The notes beneath the pieces were generated by a model, which was not told the DNA's origin, made no database searches, and worked only from the letters and a program-made list of their open reading frames with translations. The translations under genes and the position numbers were made by a program. This document shows positions 11,088 to 25,500 of a stretch of 64,000 nt of DNA, piece by piece (the first letter of the stretch is position 1; the number at the start of each line of letters is the position of its first letter). The stretch covers positions 620,001 through 684,000 of the forward strand of contig NW_027271046.1 of the NCBI RefSeq assembly GCF_040938485.1. Reading direction: 5' to 3'. This DNA is from Diadema antillarum. Taxonomy: Eukaryota.

Positions 11088-13184
11088 GGGCAAGTCCAAG
11101 ATAATGCGCGCGTTACGTATGGGACATTCAGAGACTTTCATGACCTGAAAAATAGTGTTAATGGCCTTTGATCGTATTGAACTTCATCATGGTGATTGAT
11201 ATCTAGGAGAAGTATAAACATGTAAAAAATTGAGAAAAATGACCTTGACAATTATATTCTAGAAGAGAAAATATGTGCCGTTACGTATGGGACCAGAAAA
11301 CTTTTGTTTTTTTGAACATTTTTTTCAACCTCAAAACTCTCTGAAAGTATTTTATTCTACAACTTGTAACTCACTGTGATGAAAGTCACAATACTCAAGA
11401 TTATCACAGGTAAGTTTCATGTCAGTAGGAAAAAAGCTCTAATTACAGGTTCTAATTAAAGACAGACATGACGTGTTACGTATGGGACAGTTACGTATGG
11501 GACAGTTTGTCCCCCATTCATTTAGTGTGTGAAGAACCATGTTTATGGGTATATTGCATAATTATTGAAGTAAAATCAGTTGAAACTACTCAAATACTGA
11601 TCCAGATTGTCAAGGAAACAATATTCCACGAATATTCACCATCATAATCATATTCAATCATATTTTTATATTCTTATGACCAACCTGAGTATGCGTGCCC
11701 TTTGTCCCCCATTCGTTTAGTGTGTGGAGAACCAAGTTTATATGGGTATTTTGCAAAATAATTTTGCAAAATACCCATAAACAAATTTTTGCATAATTAT
11801 TGAGGTAGAATCAGTTGAAATTACTCAAATGCTGTTCCAGATTGACAAGTGAACAATATTCCCCATATATTTACCATCATAATCATATTTAATCATATTC
11901 TATATTTTTTATGACCAACCTGAGTATGTTTTACATGGCCTATTTTTATCAGGATAGTTACTACTGAAAAATTGAATAGTTTAAAGTGTTTACTTCCATT
12001 GATGGAGGGCAGTTTGCCATTTAGTTTCAATAAAAAACGACTTGACACAAGAAATATTAATTGTAATAAATAAGCAATACCTGCTGCGTGGAACCCCAGT
12101 GATAGAGTAGATATACAATGTATGATGTCTGTCTAGCAGTCAGGTCATTGATTCGAGTCACACCTCAGTATGTATACCCATGAATTTTGTCGTGGCTACT
12201 ATTGAAACTGAATAAGGACAATCTGTGTATCACTTGCAATAAAAAGGAATCATTTTACTTTATATATTTATTTATAACAACCATTTCAAATTGGATCTCC
12301 ATCACATAAACTTTGAATACCTCTAGTCTTAGGATTGTATGCTCTTTAGTAATTCATATAATTGGTTTCCAATCATCTCATTAAATGTTGAAAACTGAAT
12401 CCCCATTTCTACAAAAACTATGCCATCCCTTTAATGCTGATTTTTCATTGTGTATTTTGCCATTTTCCCCTCCCCTTTCTGAAAATTGTTCAGTCAAGTA
12501 CATGCATTGTTTCAAGTGTCTATAACTCAAAAAGTAGCTACAAAGTTGGGATGCTTTCTTCAGGATGATTGACCATTTGTGTACTGAGAGACCTTCCCAG
12601 CTAGCTACATGCATTCACATGCAATATGTATGAGGATGTCCCATACGTAACGCATTTGTCCCACACGTAACATTATTTCAATGCCTAATAGAATATATTT
12701 CTTTTACTGTCTTTTCTTTTTTCTATGGTATTTAATTTCTCTAAACAATAAATTAGAACTTTCCAAAAGGGCATAAAAATAACCTAAGCAATTTCAGAAA
12801 AAACCTAAAAAAATGACCTCAATTTGTTACGTATGGGACATCTCATGATAGGACACGAGCTAATTTGCATAATCATTTGCATAATCCCTAAATTTTTATA
12901 CCAAGTTAAACTATTTGATGAACTTCTTATGTCCACATATAAATCAAATATCATTTGCTTTCCTTTGAATTAATATGAATTTTTATAAATGTCCCATACG
13001 TAACGCTGTGTTTCACATCTATGCAAATGAAGCCCTTGAAATTTGCATAAACTTACATAATATCATTTTTTCCTCCATGGAAATCAAAACTTCAACTCAT
13101 AACCTTCAAAATGATACCAAACATGTCAATATTGAGCAAAGATGAAATTTTGCCTTCTGAGGGGACCTTATCTTGGACTTGCCC
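11088..13184. mobile_element. 2.1-kb non-autonomous DNA transposon (Sola2-like ends)
   Basis: Perfect 17-bp TIR GGGCAAGTCCAAGATAA; flanking TTGG repeat; eight GTTACGTATGGGAC motifs; internal ~190-bp tandem duplication; no ORF. Confidence 0.7.
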
Positions 13185-13468
13185 TTGGTGCAAAAATTAC
13201 AGCTTTTACTCACAGTTTATATAGCCTTCACTAATGTGAAATATCTTCTAAATATCTCCAAACAGGAATTAAAAGCATGTGTGAAATTACAACAAGCAAT
13301 TGATCTGTGTTTGTGTAGGAACCATGACTTCATAGCTCTTGGCTGCTGTAGGAAGGAAGCTTATGGTCGCATCTAAAAAAAAAAAGGTAAGGAATCAGAG
13401 AAATAGCGCAGAGCAGCATTCACAGACAGAGTACACACACAAACAGCTACTTGGAACCATCAACAACT

Positions 13469-13553
13469 ATGGCCGGAACTCACGAGATTACCCAATCCCA
13501 GCTGAGCTGCAGTGGTATGAGCACCAGTACCATCAATGATACAACAAGATTAG
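13469..13553 (+). CDS. ECT2: ECT2 coding exon 1 (MAGTHEITQ..TTRL)
   Basis: aactATGG Kozak context; phase-1 donor matches the next exon; sequence poorly conserved. Confidence 0.6.
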
Positions 13554-16500
13554 GTGGGTGAACTCAACTATCCAAACATGACAGCAACATCTGAATTAAT
13601 GATGTTTTATCTTGGAAAGTTAATCCAGAAAGAGCTTCAGAGCAGCTTCCTCTTCATTTTCCTTCTGCCTGGACCTGTTTTGAACAGGATTTTTACAAAA
13701 ATTACAGCTTGCAATGACAGCATGTAACCATCATTGCAACAGTGACAGTGATGGCTACAACCAGTCAGTTGTCAGATTTTACTTCAATGGAAGCTGCAAC
13801 AAGTGCAGCTCCAAACTGTTTGAAATATACATATATTAAATTTGCTATCAGCCAATCAGACGCAAGGATTTCAGTAGCTTTTAACAGTTGTCGGTGTAAA
13901 TCACTGACAAAAAGTTTCATGAAACACCCCCCCCCCCCCCCCCCAGATTTTATTACAATGTTTTCTTGCATGTAATAGGAAGTTTCAGACATAAGAATGT
14001 TAAGAGGTGGCAAGACTCAGAGATCAGGGGGGTGTTTCATCAATTTAGTCAGCGCTGACAATTTCAGCAAAATCCTTGGTTTTGATTGGCTGAGATGCTC
14101 TGGTCACTGACTGTTACTATGATTATTGTCAGAGACTGACAACTTGTCAGCGCTGACTAACTTGGTGGAACACCCCCCAGTTTCACTCTTTAGCTCGTAC
14201 TATATATGCCCAGCTTGTACTGAACAATAGCAAACATTCATTGTTCTGGTATGTCCTGCATGGCTGCACTGCAGTGAGTACTTGATATTTAGACGTTCAG
14301 ATTTAATGATATTACCGATTACGTGATATTTGCCTGATCAGAAATTTGGTTGGGCTGGATATATATTTCTGTACTGACCGAGTCTAGTTGAAATACAATG
14401 TATGTTTATCAGCACAGAATGTCAATATAGAATTTAAATGAAGTTTTCACATTTCCACTTTACATGCCTGATGAAGTCTCAATGTCTGAAATGTTATTTC
14501 CACCTTATAACCTGGAATAATTTCATTACCCTTGGCAGGGCCAATGATGGCAGTGGATGTCAGATTTTGTCTGATTGGAGATCAACTTAGCAAACACACA
14601 CAACTTCACCAAGCATTACAAGTAAGTTTCAATTGTAAGAACTGTCTCTCATCCTGCTGTCAAACTGTATTGTGCATAAATGAAACCACACAGTCAATAA
14701 CTTGTGATGTACAGTATACATATTTGTCATTTTCGCATGATTATATGATATGATTTTTGTTTATCATTGAACACGATAACTGCAGCTTCGCAGGGTAAGA
14801 TATTTTGGGAGGCAAATTCCTCTGATATCCTGCAGCGAGTTGAACACTGATTTTATTCTAATGTACTATTAAATTCCCCCCCCCCCCCCCCACATAATTT
14901 GTGGTTATTTTGTTGAAATGATGCTACTACCTTTCATGTACATCGACGCCAATATCACATGAATGACACTGGAATGTGTTGATTTTTTATTTGATCACTG
15001 TCTCCTCAAAAACACCATACAATTTATTATGTTTTCTCTCTCTTCTCTTGACAGAAAATGAAGATGCCATATGTGTTCTCAGACACTGGCCAGGAGTATT
15101 TGTCCACCAAGCATGAGCCGGTGGAAACTGTATTCGTCCTCCCCGAGTTTGAAGGAGAGACGTTTCAGCTCCTTACCAAGAATGACCTACGTGTCCTGGG
15201 ACCCACTGCAATAATACAGAGTGCCGCAACAGAGGAGGTACAGGTCTTCATTCTCTGGTGACATTGATCCAAAAGATTGATCTCACAGTCTTAATTACGT
15301 TACCTAATGCTATATTTTATGTCTCAGATACAGTCCTGTGGTTTGGTGGTTTGTATTAGGTTTTTTCTTTGATTACTTTATTATAAATTATTGCATTGTT
15401 GGTAGAAGTAGGGTTTGAAAAAAATAATCTCCTTCACATAAATCCTTTGTTCATCTATGATTGTTTTCGTTCCTGCATTTTAAAAAGCATCTAAATTTTA
15501 AATTTGGAATCGATTTTTAAATTGGCAACATGTTTGACAATTTCTGTTTTTGTCTCAAATTAGCAAATTGCTGTAAATTTCTCTTTGTTATAAGGCTAGT
15601 GGGGTCCGTATAATAAATTCAAAAAGTTCCCTCTATTATCTTTTTCCAGTATTAGATATGCAGTGAACTTAAAGGGCTGGGATAGCTTTCTGCTTGGAAG
15701 GAAACATCATAGCACGGATCACAGCAGATAAGGCCTTATTCTTATTGTCATGCATGCCATTTGTAGGTCTGTAGGCTGGACCACCACAATGTTGGACTAT
15801 TTTTGCCAGTTCATTTTGGATGTAGCCAATGTATGGTGTTCTCACTGAAGATGTGTAACACCTTACAGAAGGTTTTGTTGTTGTTATTGTTGTGGTAGTT
15901 ATTGTTGTTGCTGCTACTGTTGTTTTATTTGTGTGGGGTTTTTGTTTTGTTTTGTTTTGTTTTATTTTGTTGCATCCTTCATGCTGGCTTTGATTTTGTC
16001 GTTTTTCCAGCACCTGCCCTGCGTGACCAGGCCACTGTTCTGCCGTCACATGGACAAGCTGGTGATCTGCTTCACAGGCTTCCTGGACAAGGCTGAGCTG
16101 AAGAGACTGGTGGTGGCCGTCCACAACATGGGGGGCAGCATTCGCAGGGACTATGGTCCCCGCATCACTCACCTAGTGGCAAACTCCACCAACAGTGAAA
16201 AGTACAGGGTGAGTGTGGCACCACACAACAAGCATCTCAGTACTACTCCTAGCCTGCCTATTTTCATTCTTGTGTACTTTGCATTTTTCTGGTATGGTTG
16301 TCAAAGGCCCCTATTTTGCTTCTGCTTTCATTAACCTTTGAGGTCATTTAAGGCGTAATTCCGCAATTATATGAAATGACACAGTTGTAATGTACTGTCT
16401 CCTGATCTTGCTTCGAAAATAGCAATTTCAATGGTACAAATGTGGTGATGCACAGATTGAAATGACTGGCCTGCTGCTAGTGATGCAGTAACCCCAAGTA

Positions 16501-19500
16501 AGATGACTTAAAGGGACTGCAGGGGCGGATCCAGGAATTTCGTAAAGAGGGGGCGTGTTTACAAAAATAAAGGGGGGCGCACGCACCCCTCCCCCCATTT
16601 TTTTCTTTTTATTTCTTTTGTTTCAACAAAAAATAAAGGGGGGGGGGCGTGCGCCGGTTGTGGTCCTCCCTGGATCCGCCCCTGGGACTGTACAATACTG
16701 GTTGAGGTGATGATTCAGGTTTATAACATTTTTTTTATTCTGTGAGATAATGAGAAACCTCTTATGAAATGTGAAAGGGCATGTAATTTCAAGGAGGATT
16801 CAACATTTATTTGATGAAAATTGGCCTTGAAATGGCTGAGGTATAAAAAAAAAGTGATCCTAATTGAATTGACAGGCCACGACTTTTATTAGGATCTCTT
16901 TGTTTTTCCTTGTTTGTATATATCTCAGTCATTTCAAAACCGATTTTCATCAAATAAACTTGATTCCCCTTAGAATTGTATGCTCTTTAACATTTCATAG
17001 TGTGGTTCTAAATATCTCACAAAACGTTACAAGCTACATCCTCACCTCAACCAGTACTGTACAGTCCCTTTAAGGTGAAGTCAAGGTCCTGATAATAAAC
17101 AGACACTGTTTCGGCCACTTTGATGTAGGTTGCGGTCAGCCTCGGGACACCCATCATGACGTCCGAGTGGATCCAGGCCACATGGGAGAGGAGAAACCAG
17201 GAGGACTGCACTGCGACATCGGAGGAAATGGTGAGTAATACCAGTGTTTTGACCGGGATGGAAAACTTTAAACCATACTGATGTGTCAGTGGGAGAAAAA
17301 CACTTGTAAAGCATTTTAATTACATACAGATCAAATGCTTGCAGTCTAGTTGTCTTGTTTGCAAGAACTGTTGGATACTGTGAAAATCTCTCTCCTTTTC
17401 CTTCTTTTTTTAAATTTTGATTTTGACTTTGGCAAAGGTTTTTTGTATAAATTGATGAGCAGATAAGCATTGATTGATATGAATGAATTCAGAGGTTCCT
17501 TTTTGGTTGGAAATTTTCATCAAAGCCATGCATTTTTGTAGCAGTGTTGTTCGAATGATTCTGACAAATATTTGTTTCACTTTTAAACTATGTACTTTTC
17601 TGGTCAGTTTCTCGTTCCCTCGCTGACAAGATGATGATTTTGGATCTCCAATTTTCCAAAGTCATCATCGTGAAAGGATAAGGCAGCTTTTTAAAAGAGT
17701 GTACAAATCCCTCCAATGCTGGTGTAAGATAAGGATGTTAGCAAAACAAGTGTAAGTGTGTGCTCACATTTTAGGATGAAATTTTCATTTTGTTTTGTTT
17801 TGTTTTTTAATGATCTGCTTCTTAGTGGGAACAAAAACTTAGCTTATGAATCTTTGACTGACAGAACCGTATCAGGGCAATTACCCCCGGCTAAATACTG
17901 GTTAGTGGTAAGGTTAGAGTAAAAATTAGGGTTAGGGTTAGGCTTAGGGTTAGGAGTTTGGATTAGGGTTAGGATTAGGAATAGGGCCAGGGGAAGGGTC
18001 CGGATTAATTGCCCAGGGGGTAATTGCCCTAGACCCACAACATTCAAAAACATTCAAGGACATAGGCCCTACATCATAAACATTGTCAACTTGAGATACA
18101 CAATCTCCAGCACCGGGACTTTATTACATTAGATTGATTTTAGAAAATGGTTGATGCTTGAATTCGCAAAGTATTTCATTAGGTTTGTGAATGTTTGTTC
18201 CATTAATACCATCAGAGAGGCAGATCCCTTAGCTCAGTCTTCTTTTGGAGTGTAGTCCTATCCAAACATCCATCACAAATATCCTCGACAACCCGAAGCT
18301 TCTAAAATTTTGATTGAGACTTGCCTGTCCCAGCAACAACCAACTAAAGCAAAGCAAATGTCAACATTTAAAGCAGAATAGAATTAGGCACATAAAATGA
18401 GATGCTCATAGCATTGTCAGACATTGAGGCCAAATGATGTCTGTTTGTTTGAATGCATCAGTATGTACAGATTACTGAATAATATATTCTTGTGTTTTTG
18501 TGATTGCACAGCTGAAGTATAAGATGCCACCTTTCTTTGGCTGTACCATCGGCTTCGTTGGCTTTTCAGAGGAAGAGCAGAGGCACATGGAAGAAATCAC
18601 ACAAACACAAGGTGAGCTTTACACTGTGATTATCAGTAGTCATGTTTGTTTGTTTGTTTGTTTGTTTGTTTGTTTGTTTTAGGAGAAATTCAAGTTCTTT
18701 GACTGATTGTGTGCTTTCAAATATATCCTAGATGTGTGTTGAGTAAAATCATGAAGTAATAAATCATCCTCCAAGAAAAAGATCACAAGAAGTGACATGT
18801 CCAGTGCAAGTGAAGTGCAAAGAAAGAAGCGCTATGCATGGTTTAGTAGACATGTACTGTATATGCCGAATATTTCGCGAGGTTTTTATTTTCGCGAATT
18901 TTGCGAGTCAGCTGCTATTCGCGAAATTAAAAACATGCAAAAATATTGACTCTGGTCCTGATATGAATGTGACGTATGCGTAAACATTTCTCCGTTCAGT
19001 TATATAGGACTCCACGATCGCGAATTTAACCACTCGCGACATTGTCGGGAAGTCTCGATTCGCAAAATTTAGACTCGCGAAATATATGGCATATACAGTA
19101 TGTGACCATGACCATTCTTTGTAGGTGCAGACATGATAAATGACTTTGACTACATAGCATTTTGCTATTTGTCTGCCATCACTCATGCATTAAATTCTGC
19201 ATTATGTAATTTTCTGTTAATTTATTTGCATTCTAAGGGTTTCTCAGGGAAATCAAATGTTTTTCAATGGAAAGGATTTTTTAAGCTGTTACCTTAGCAC
19301 AAAGTTTTGCTTGTGCAGACCACATTCATTACCCAGAGATTTGTATCTACTTTCTTTCTCTCTCTGCCTTTTGCTTGCTGTAAACTTGTGTTTTTCTCCT
19401 TCCCCTCCCTCTTTCACTGTATCTATTGTCTGTCTGAGTGTCAATTAGCATGCATCTATTACATTTCTGTGTTCCAGAACATGTGTTCCAGAACATTGCA

Positions 19501-22500
19501 TCAACTGTATTAACTGTTAAAAACTGATCTTGATTTTCTGTGATGGACAGGTGGAAGTGTAGTCTCTGTAGCTGATGATTCCTGCACTCACATAGTGGTG
19601 GATGAGAACACCGTTCCAGAGCAACTCTTGGATTATTCCAAGAACATCAAACTAGTCAAGCAAGAGGTAATGTAATTCCTGCACTGCATAAAGGCAAGAC
19701 ACATTTACACAACAAAAAATGGCAAGAGGCAATACATTTGCTTTACTGTCCATTGATTTCTTGTACTTCTATCAGTTTGCGCCAGTACTTCAATTATTGA
19801 AATGGAAATTTAGTGACATAGACAATTCTAATGCTGCTTGGCAGAACAATAACATTTTAGGGATGGCATACACCAAGTTTGCAAGGATTCACAATGACAT
19901 TCTTGATGTATTCAAAAATAACCTGCGAGTGTCTGCTTCACTACTTCTCAGTTAGATTTAACAAGAGGGCAAAATTACCTTTGATAGATTCCATCTCAGA
20001 ATAAGTTGAAATTCAACTGCTAAGCTCTGAGATTATTCTTTACTTCTATGCAAATCAGATACCGCAAAAGTTGGAGCTTTTTTTTTTTTTTTTGGTCAGT
20101 TGAGTCGCAGTAGATTTCGCTCACACAAGATTTGCGATAGTGAGGTTGAAAGAGTATATCTCATGAGAATCAGTGAGGAAGTCTGACACATTCCAATTTT
20201 AAAACTGTGTGTGTGATTCTGATCACAGAAAATGTGACATTAAGTAACTTGATTTCAGCGATTGAGTCAAGTATCATACAAGAAAGCTACAAAGTTAGAA
20301 AGTGAAATTTCTTACGAGTGATCACGTAGGACTACATCAGAACAATGAATGGATGAAAAATGATGTGTGTTTTCATATATCCCTCACAGTGGTTCTGGGC
20401 CAGCATTCAGATGGATGCCAGAGCAGAGGAAGGCTTGTACACCTTCAGGATTGTAAGTTATAAGGATATCAGTCTTACTTATCAGATGTGAACACATGTG
20501 TTGGGTTTTGGGCACACTCTTTTCTACCTTCTCCATTTATTTTTCATAATAAAAAAGAATAAAAAAGAAATAAGAAATAAAATGTGAAAAAGAAGTGGGC
20601 ATCAACTTGCATGTCTGCACAAGTCTATCCACTAGATTCATGATACAGCATGTAACACTAGATTAGATTTTCTTCAAAAGAGGAAATGTGACATAGTATC
20701 AAAATGATTAAGAATCTCTATTTCTTTAACTATCACTATTTGTGGGAGGGGTGGACGAGAAGGATAACCCTTAATGAAAATGACAAAGGTCAACCTTTCA
20801 TTTTTGAATTGTTGACTTTCGTGTATTACCTTGTTAGGAAATTGTCTACCTTCATATTTACCAAGAAATCCACAGAATTTCCACTTTGATAGTAATACCT
20901 GTTGCTAGTTTTCAGTATTTCTAATATTTCTACTATTAGCCTCATCGATATCACTCTGATGCATGTATTCTTCCCTTCGTTTTGTCTCTCTCTCTCTCTC
21001 TATCTCTCTCTCTTTTCTCATACTCTCATCACGCATCTATCATCAGGTCTCCACGCCAGCCTCAATACAAGGCACACCAACCATGATCTTCAGCGGCTCG
21101 AAGTCAAGTCGCAAGCGGCGGCTGAAGCAGAGCATCGCCGCCCTCAGCAGTGAGACGGACAGCCTGGAGTCCCCCCTGCCTCCCCAGAAGAGACGGTCAA
21201 GCTTTGCCGAGAGTGCCAGCTGTATGTCCATCTCTGCCTCGTCCATCCTGGATGCCAGCCAGACGCCAGAGTGCTCGTCTGCACGTGCAGGTGTGGACTT
21301 AGAATTACTTTTAAAGCAGCTAAGGTCACAAATTTGCATTTTTTGTGTGTAATTGAAACTGTTAATAAAGCCTGTTTGTTCATGTAGGCCAGTATCTTCT
21401 TTTGTTGTTGTTGTTCTTTTCTATGGTCAAAATATTTAACATACATGGAGACATCCAACTTATTTGAAGTCATGTGTTCACTTTGCCCCCCCCCCAAAAA
21501 AAAAAAACAAACAAACAAACAAACAAACAAAAACAAGAAAAACAACTCTTCCAAGTGAGGTTCTGTAAGCTGCACATCCACACATTTTCTTCTTGTATGA
21601 CACAAATCATTTTGAATTGAGCATTTTGAACGTGTCTTATTTGAGAGCGCTTGAGTTTGTTTCTTATTTCCAAATGATCGATATACACTGAATTTGCATA
21701 GCTTGACTCCTTTCTATCTGGAAGAAAATTGCCTGAAATCATGATCCTCATGGTGTCTAAGTAACAATGATGGCATCAATTCTAGAATGGAGTGTAACAT
21801 GTTTGTTTGTTTGTATTTTGGTGTTTTTTCTTCGATAACCGACAGTTGATCCATGTACACCAATGGAGACAGAGACGCCGAAGAAGGCGCCACCTGCCCA
21901 ACCTCTCTCCAAACGTCACATGACCCTGATGGAGCTTCTCCAGACAGAGATCAACTATGTCAAAATCCTGGACACAATCATCACTGTGAGTTAATGTGTC
22001 ACTCCTGTAATAGTAGGGCATGCTAACCAGACTCTCAATACAGTGGAAACACGATATAAAGAGATCTGATATAACCAAATACCTGATATAACAAATTAAT
22101 TTCTCCGATCCCAATGTACTTATTTCCTTAATTTTGTATCGTTCATGGACTACTGATATAACAAAATATCTGATATAAAGAACAAATTGTCTTGGTGGGA
22201 CCCACCTTTTATTAGGATTGATTTGTTTTACTTTGATTTTGGATATCTTAGCCATTTCAAAACCGATTTTCACCAACTAAACTCTGAAGTCCTCTTAGAA
22301 TTGTATGTTCTTTAACAATTTATAAAGTGTCTCGCAAAAGTTAAAAGCTGAATCCTAACCTCAACTAATACTATATTATCCCTTTAAGATCTCTGATGAA
22401 CTTTAATCCTGCTCTTGTTCAGGTATTCAAAGAGCCACTGGAAAAGGAGCAGACAGGGGGTGCCCTCTTACCCCAGGAGGACATAAAAACCATCTTCAAC

Positions 22501-25500
22501 CGCATCCCAGACATCTACGCCGTCCACTGCCGGTTGAAGGACGACATTCAGGCCCTCCTGGACGACTACTCAGATGACAAGAGCCTGGGTCAAATCATCG
22601 TCAAACATGTAAGGGCTATCCACCGATTCTGTCAATTGAAAGCAATTCCCTCAAATTTTCTCTCTGAATCATGAAGTATGCTGTGGAAACCCAATTATTT
22701 CATCAGTTTTGAAGCAGAAGGGAATAAGTACTGTCCAGAGTCTTAGATTTCAACATCCCTCTGCCTCTCAGTAACTTAATGATGCAACAGTACACTTTGA
22801 TGAACAAGGCCATAATCTCACCAATGGAAATGTTTTATGATATTTGGAAAGCATATTTACACATGTGAGGCAGAGATGTTGGTGATGTGTTTGAATGTGA
22901 AATCACTCTTTTAGAGCCATTTTCCAAATCAGTTACATTGAATGTTGCCTTCAGAAACAAGATCATGTGATGAAAGATAGGAAATTTTATCTTACTTTCT
23001 GGCAGCAAATGTATTTATAGGCCATTCGCTGAGCATGTGTGATGTTGGTCTAATATCACAGAGTACAGACATGAGCAAGGCGTACCCTCAGTTTGTGAAT
23101 TTCTTCGAGCTTGCCAAGCAGACGGTTGTTCAGTGTGACAAGCAGAAGCCCAGATTCCATGCCTTTCTCAAGGTGAGATTTTTTGCAGTGCATGTAATTC
23201 TTGTATTAAGTTTGTGCTGTGTGTTTTTCTTGAGAAAATCAAGAAAAAAATATGAGAAGACAAAGTCACGCAAATGCTGTACATTTCTGAGTAAGTTGTG
23301 TATGTGAAAGGTCATTACTTTGTTATTTTCTTTTTGATTTTTAGACTTTTAGAGAAATTTTTCTCTCTGTTGCCTACTTGATTTCATCGCTGGATAGCAA
23401 GGCTACAACAGCCATGCATGAAAATTTCTTTTAAGTGCTGAGCTAATATGTGTGTTGTTTATATGTTACCTCTCACCCCAGCCCCAGCTGGGGCCAATAA
23501 CAGCTGAACGTTTTGTCTTCATCATCATTGTCATATCATTCACCACACCCACCTTTGAAGGATCTCCTTTCTTGCCCATTTCTCTTTCCTCATTTGGCAG
23601 CTACATGCTCTGCATGCTGGTTTCTATACTGCTACTGGTTTCTTTTTCTGCATATACCCAGTCATTTCATATCCTCCTTCTATTCAGTAGTCATGGAACA
23701 AAGCAAATGCTGCCTCAATTTTTCCAAGTCTTGTGCATGCCAATCATTTGCCAGTCACATCATTATCCTTCTGGGTTTGTTTGTTTTTTCCATGCCAGTC
23801 TCTTCTCTCCCTTTTACTCTCATGTTCAAAGCACCCCACCTGCAGCTGACAGATCTTCCTGGTTCTACAAGACCTCCCATTAAAACTTCTTTATGTCCTC
23901 ACAAGAAAATAAACAAGCCTCCCCAATCTGGGAATTGTTTTCACCTATTGATATGTGTGTAACACATATAGGTATCTCCCTGATTGCTCTTTGGAATCTC
24001 CCTGATTTTGATGTGTAAATGTTTGTAGCCCTGTCTACCATATTTCCCTACATCTGCCTGTTCCTTCCTTTGTACTTACACCAACCTCTTTTTGAAACCC
24101 TGACCTGTTCTCATTTCTAAAAATGCTGTGCAGACCAACTCCAGTTTTTAATTCCTGGTACTGAAAAGGCCAGTCTTCATTAAAATTAATTTTATATTGT
24201 TTTTGTTATTTTTTTTGACCATCATCTTTGTGAATTTATGACAATCATCTTTGTGAATTTTTGCTCCCATGACACCCCAAGATCTGCCAAAGCAGACCAG
24301 AGTGCGGACGGCAATCCCTGACAGAGCTCCTGATAAGACCAGTCCAGAGGCTCCCTAGCATGATTCTCCTCCTCTCAGACCTATGGAAGAGAACTCCAGA
24401 GACCCACTCAGACTACACCCACCTCAAACAAGGCTTGGATGCCCTCAAGAAGGTCACAGAGTAAGTCCCCAAAGATGGTCAATACTCACCCTAACAGTAC
24501 TAGCCTTTATCTACAGTGTATGTGTGCAAAGGAGTCCAACGCTCAAATTAAGAGATAGTAACATGAGATAGCTTGAAAGTAAATTCAAGACTATGGATAG
24601 GTTCAAATACTCACACCCTGATTTGATTTAGATTTATACCTCTGCCCTGACGGGAAATGTCATAATAATTTATAAAACATCCGTTGTAATCATCGTAGTC
24701 GGCCCCAGCCTGTATCTGAGCATTAGATTTGTCAGAATCTATACTGTCTCCTTGACTGATGTTTACGTCAAAAGTGACTTTGGAGACCAAGCCAGCGGTG
24801 AAAGAGACGTGTGCAGGTTTCGCATGGGAGTTTAGGATCGGTGCGGCTTCAAGGATGTTCAGGACGCTCCTTTCTTCTGCATTTTACCTCCTCGTTCTGT
24901 TGTCTGTTCTGCTCGAAGGAGTTGGTTCCATTACAGATGGCAGTTCTTCAGGCTGTTCTATCCATTGCAATGTGCAGAAGAAGTAGAAATATTGTTTTTG
25001 ACTCATTCTGTTACAAAAACCACCTTCTGGTGAACTAAACGTAAGTACTTCCAGGGTTTTGTCAGCAGAAGACTGCAACATGAGTAAAGGCAGCACCCTC
25101 AATGTGCAAGGCAAGTCCTCTGTTGGGACATGTCATGGTATTAACCAAATTTGTATGTCTTAAACAGTAAGTGACAAACTTTTTCAAGTCCTTTGTATCT
25201 GATGTGATGGTGATCCATGAACTTTTGATCACTGAGTCAGGCATGTCTTGAATGCAGGAGTCGAAGTTTGCATAAAAGTAACTCTTCTATCAGTTAACCA
25301 AAGTCCAATGTGTATGACAAACAACAATCTTACCATGCTTTTGGCAGACAAATCAACGAGGACAAGCGCAAGACAGAAGGACACACCCAGATGTTTGACA
25401 TCATGAATGACATAGAGGGGGTCCCACCAGATCTGCTGTCAGCCCATCGGCAGTTCGTTACCAAGATCGACGTCAGTGAGATCGGAAAAGGGGACACTTT

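Noticed and set aside
12085-12170. tRNA/SINE-like A- and B-box resemblance (GATTCGAGTC)
   Set aside because: No cloverleaf can be formed; too degenerate to call.
24275-24285. AAG acceptor of ECT2 exon 13
   Set aside because: Uncommon but acceptable; the exon encodes essential DH residues and the frame fits, so there is no sign of anything special.
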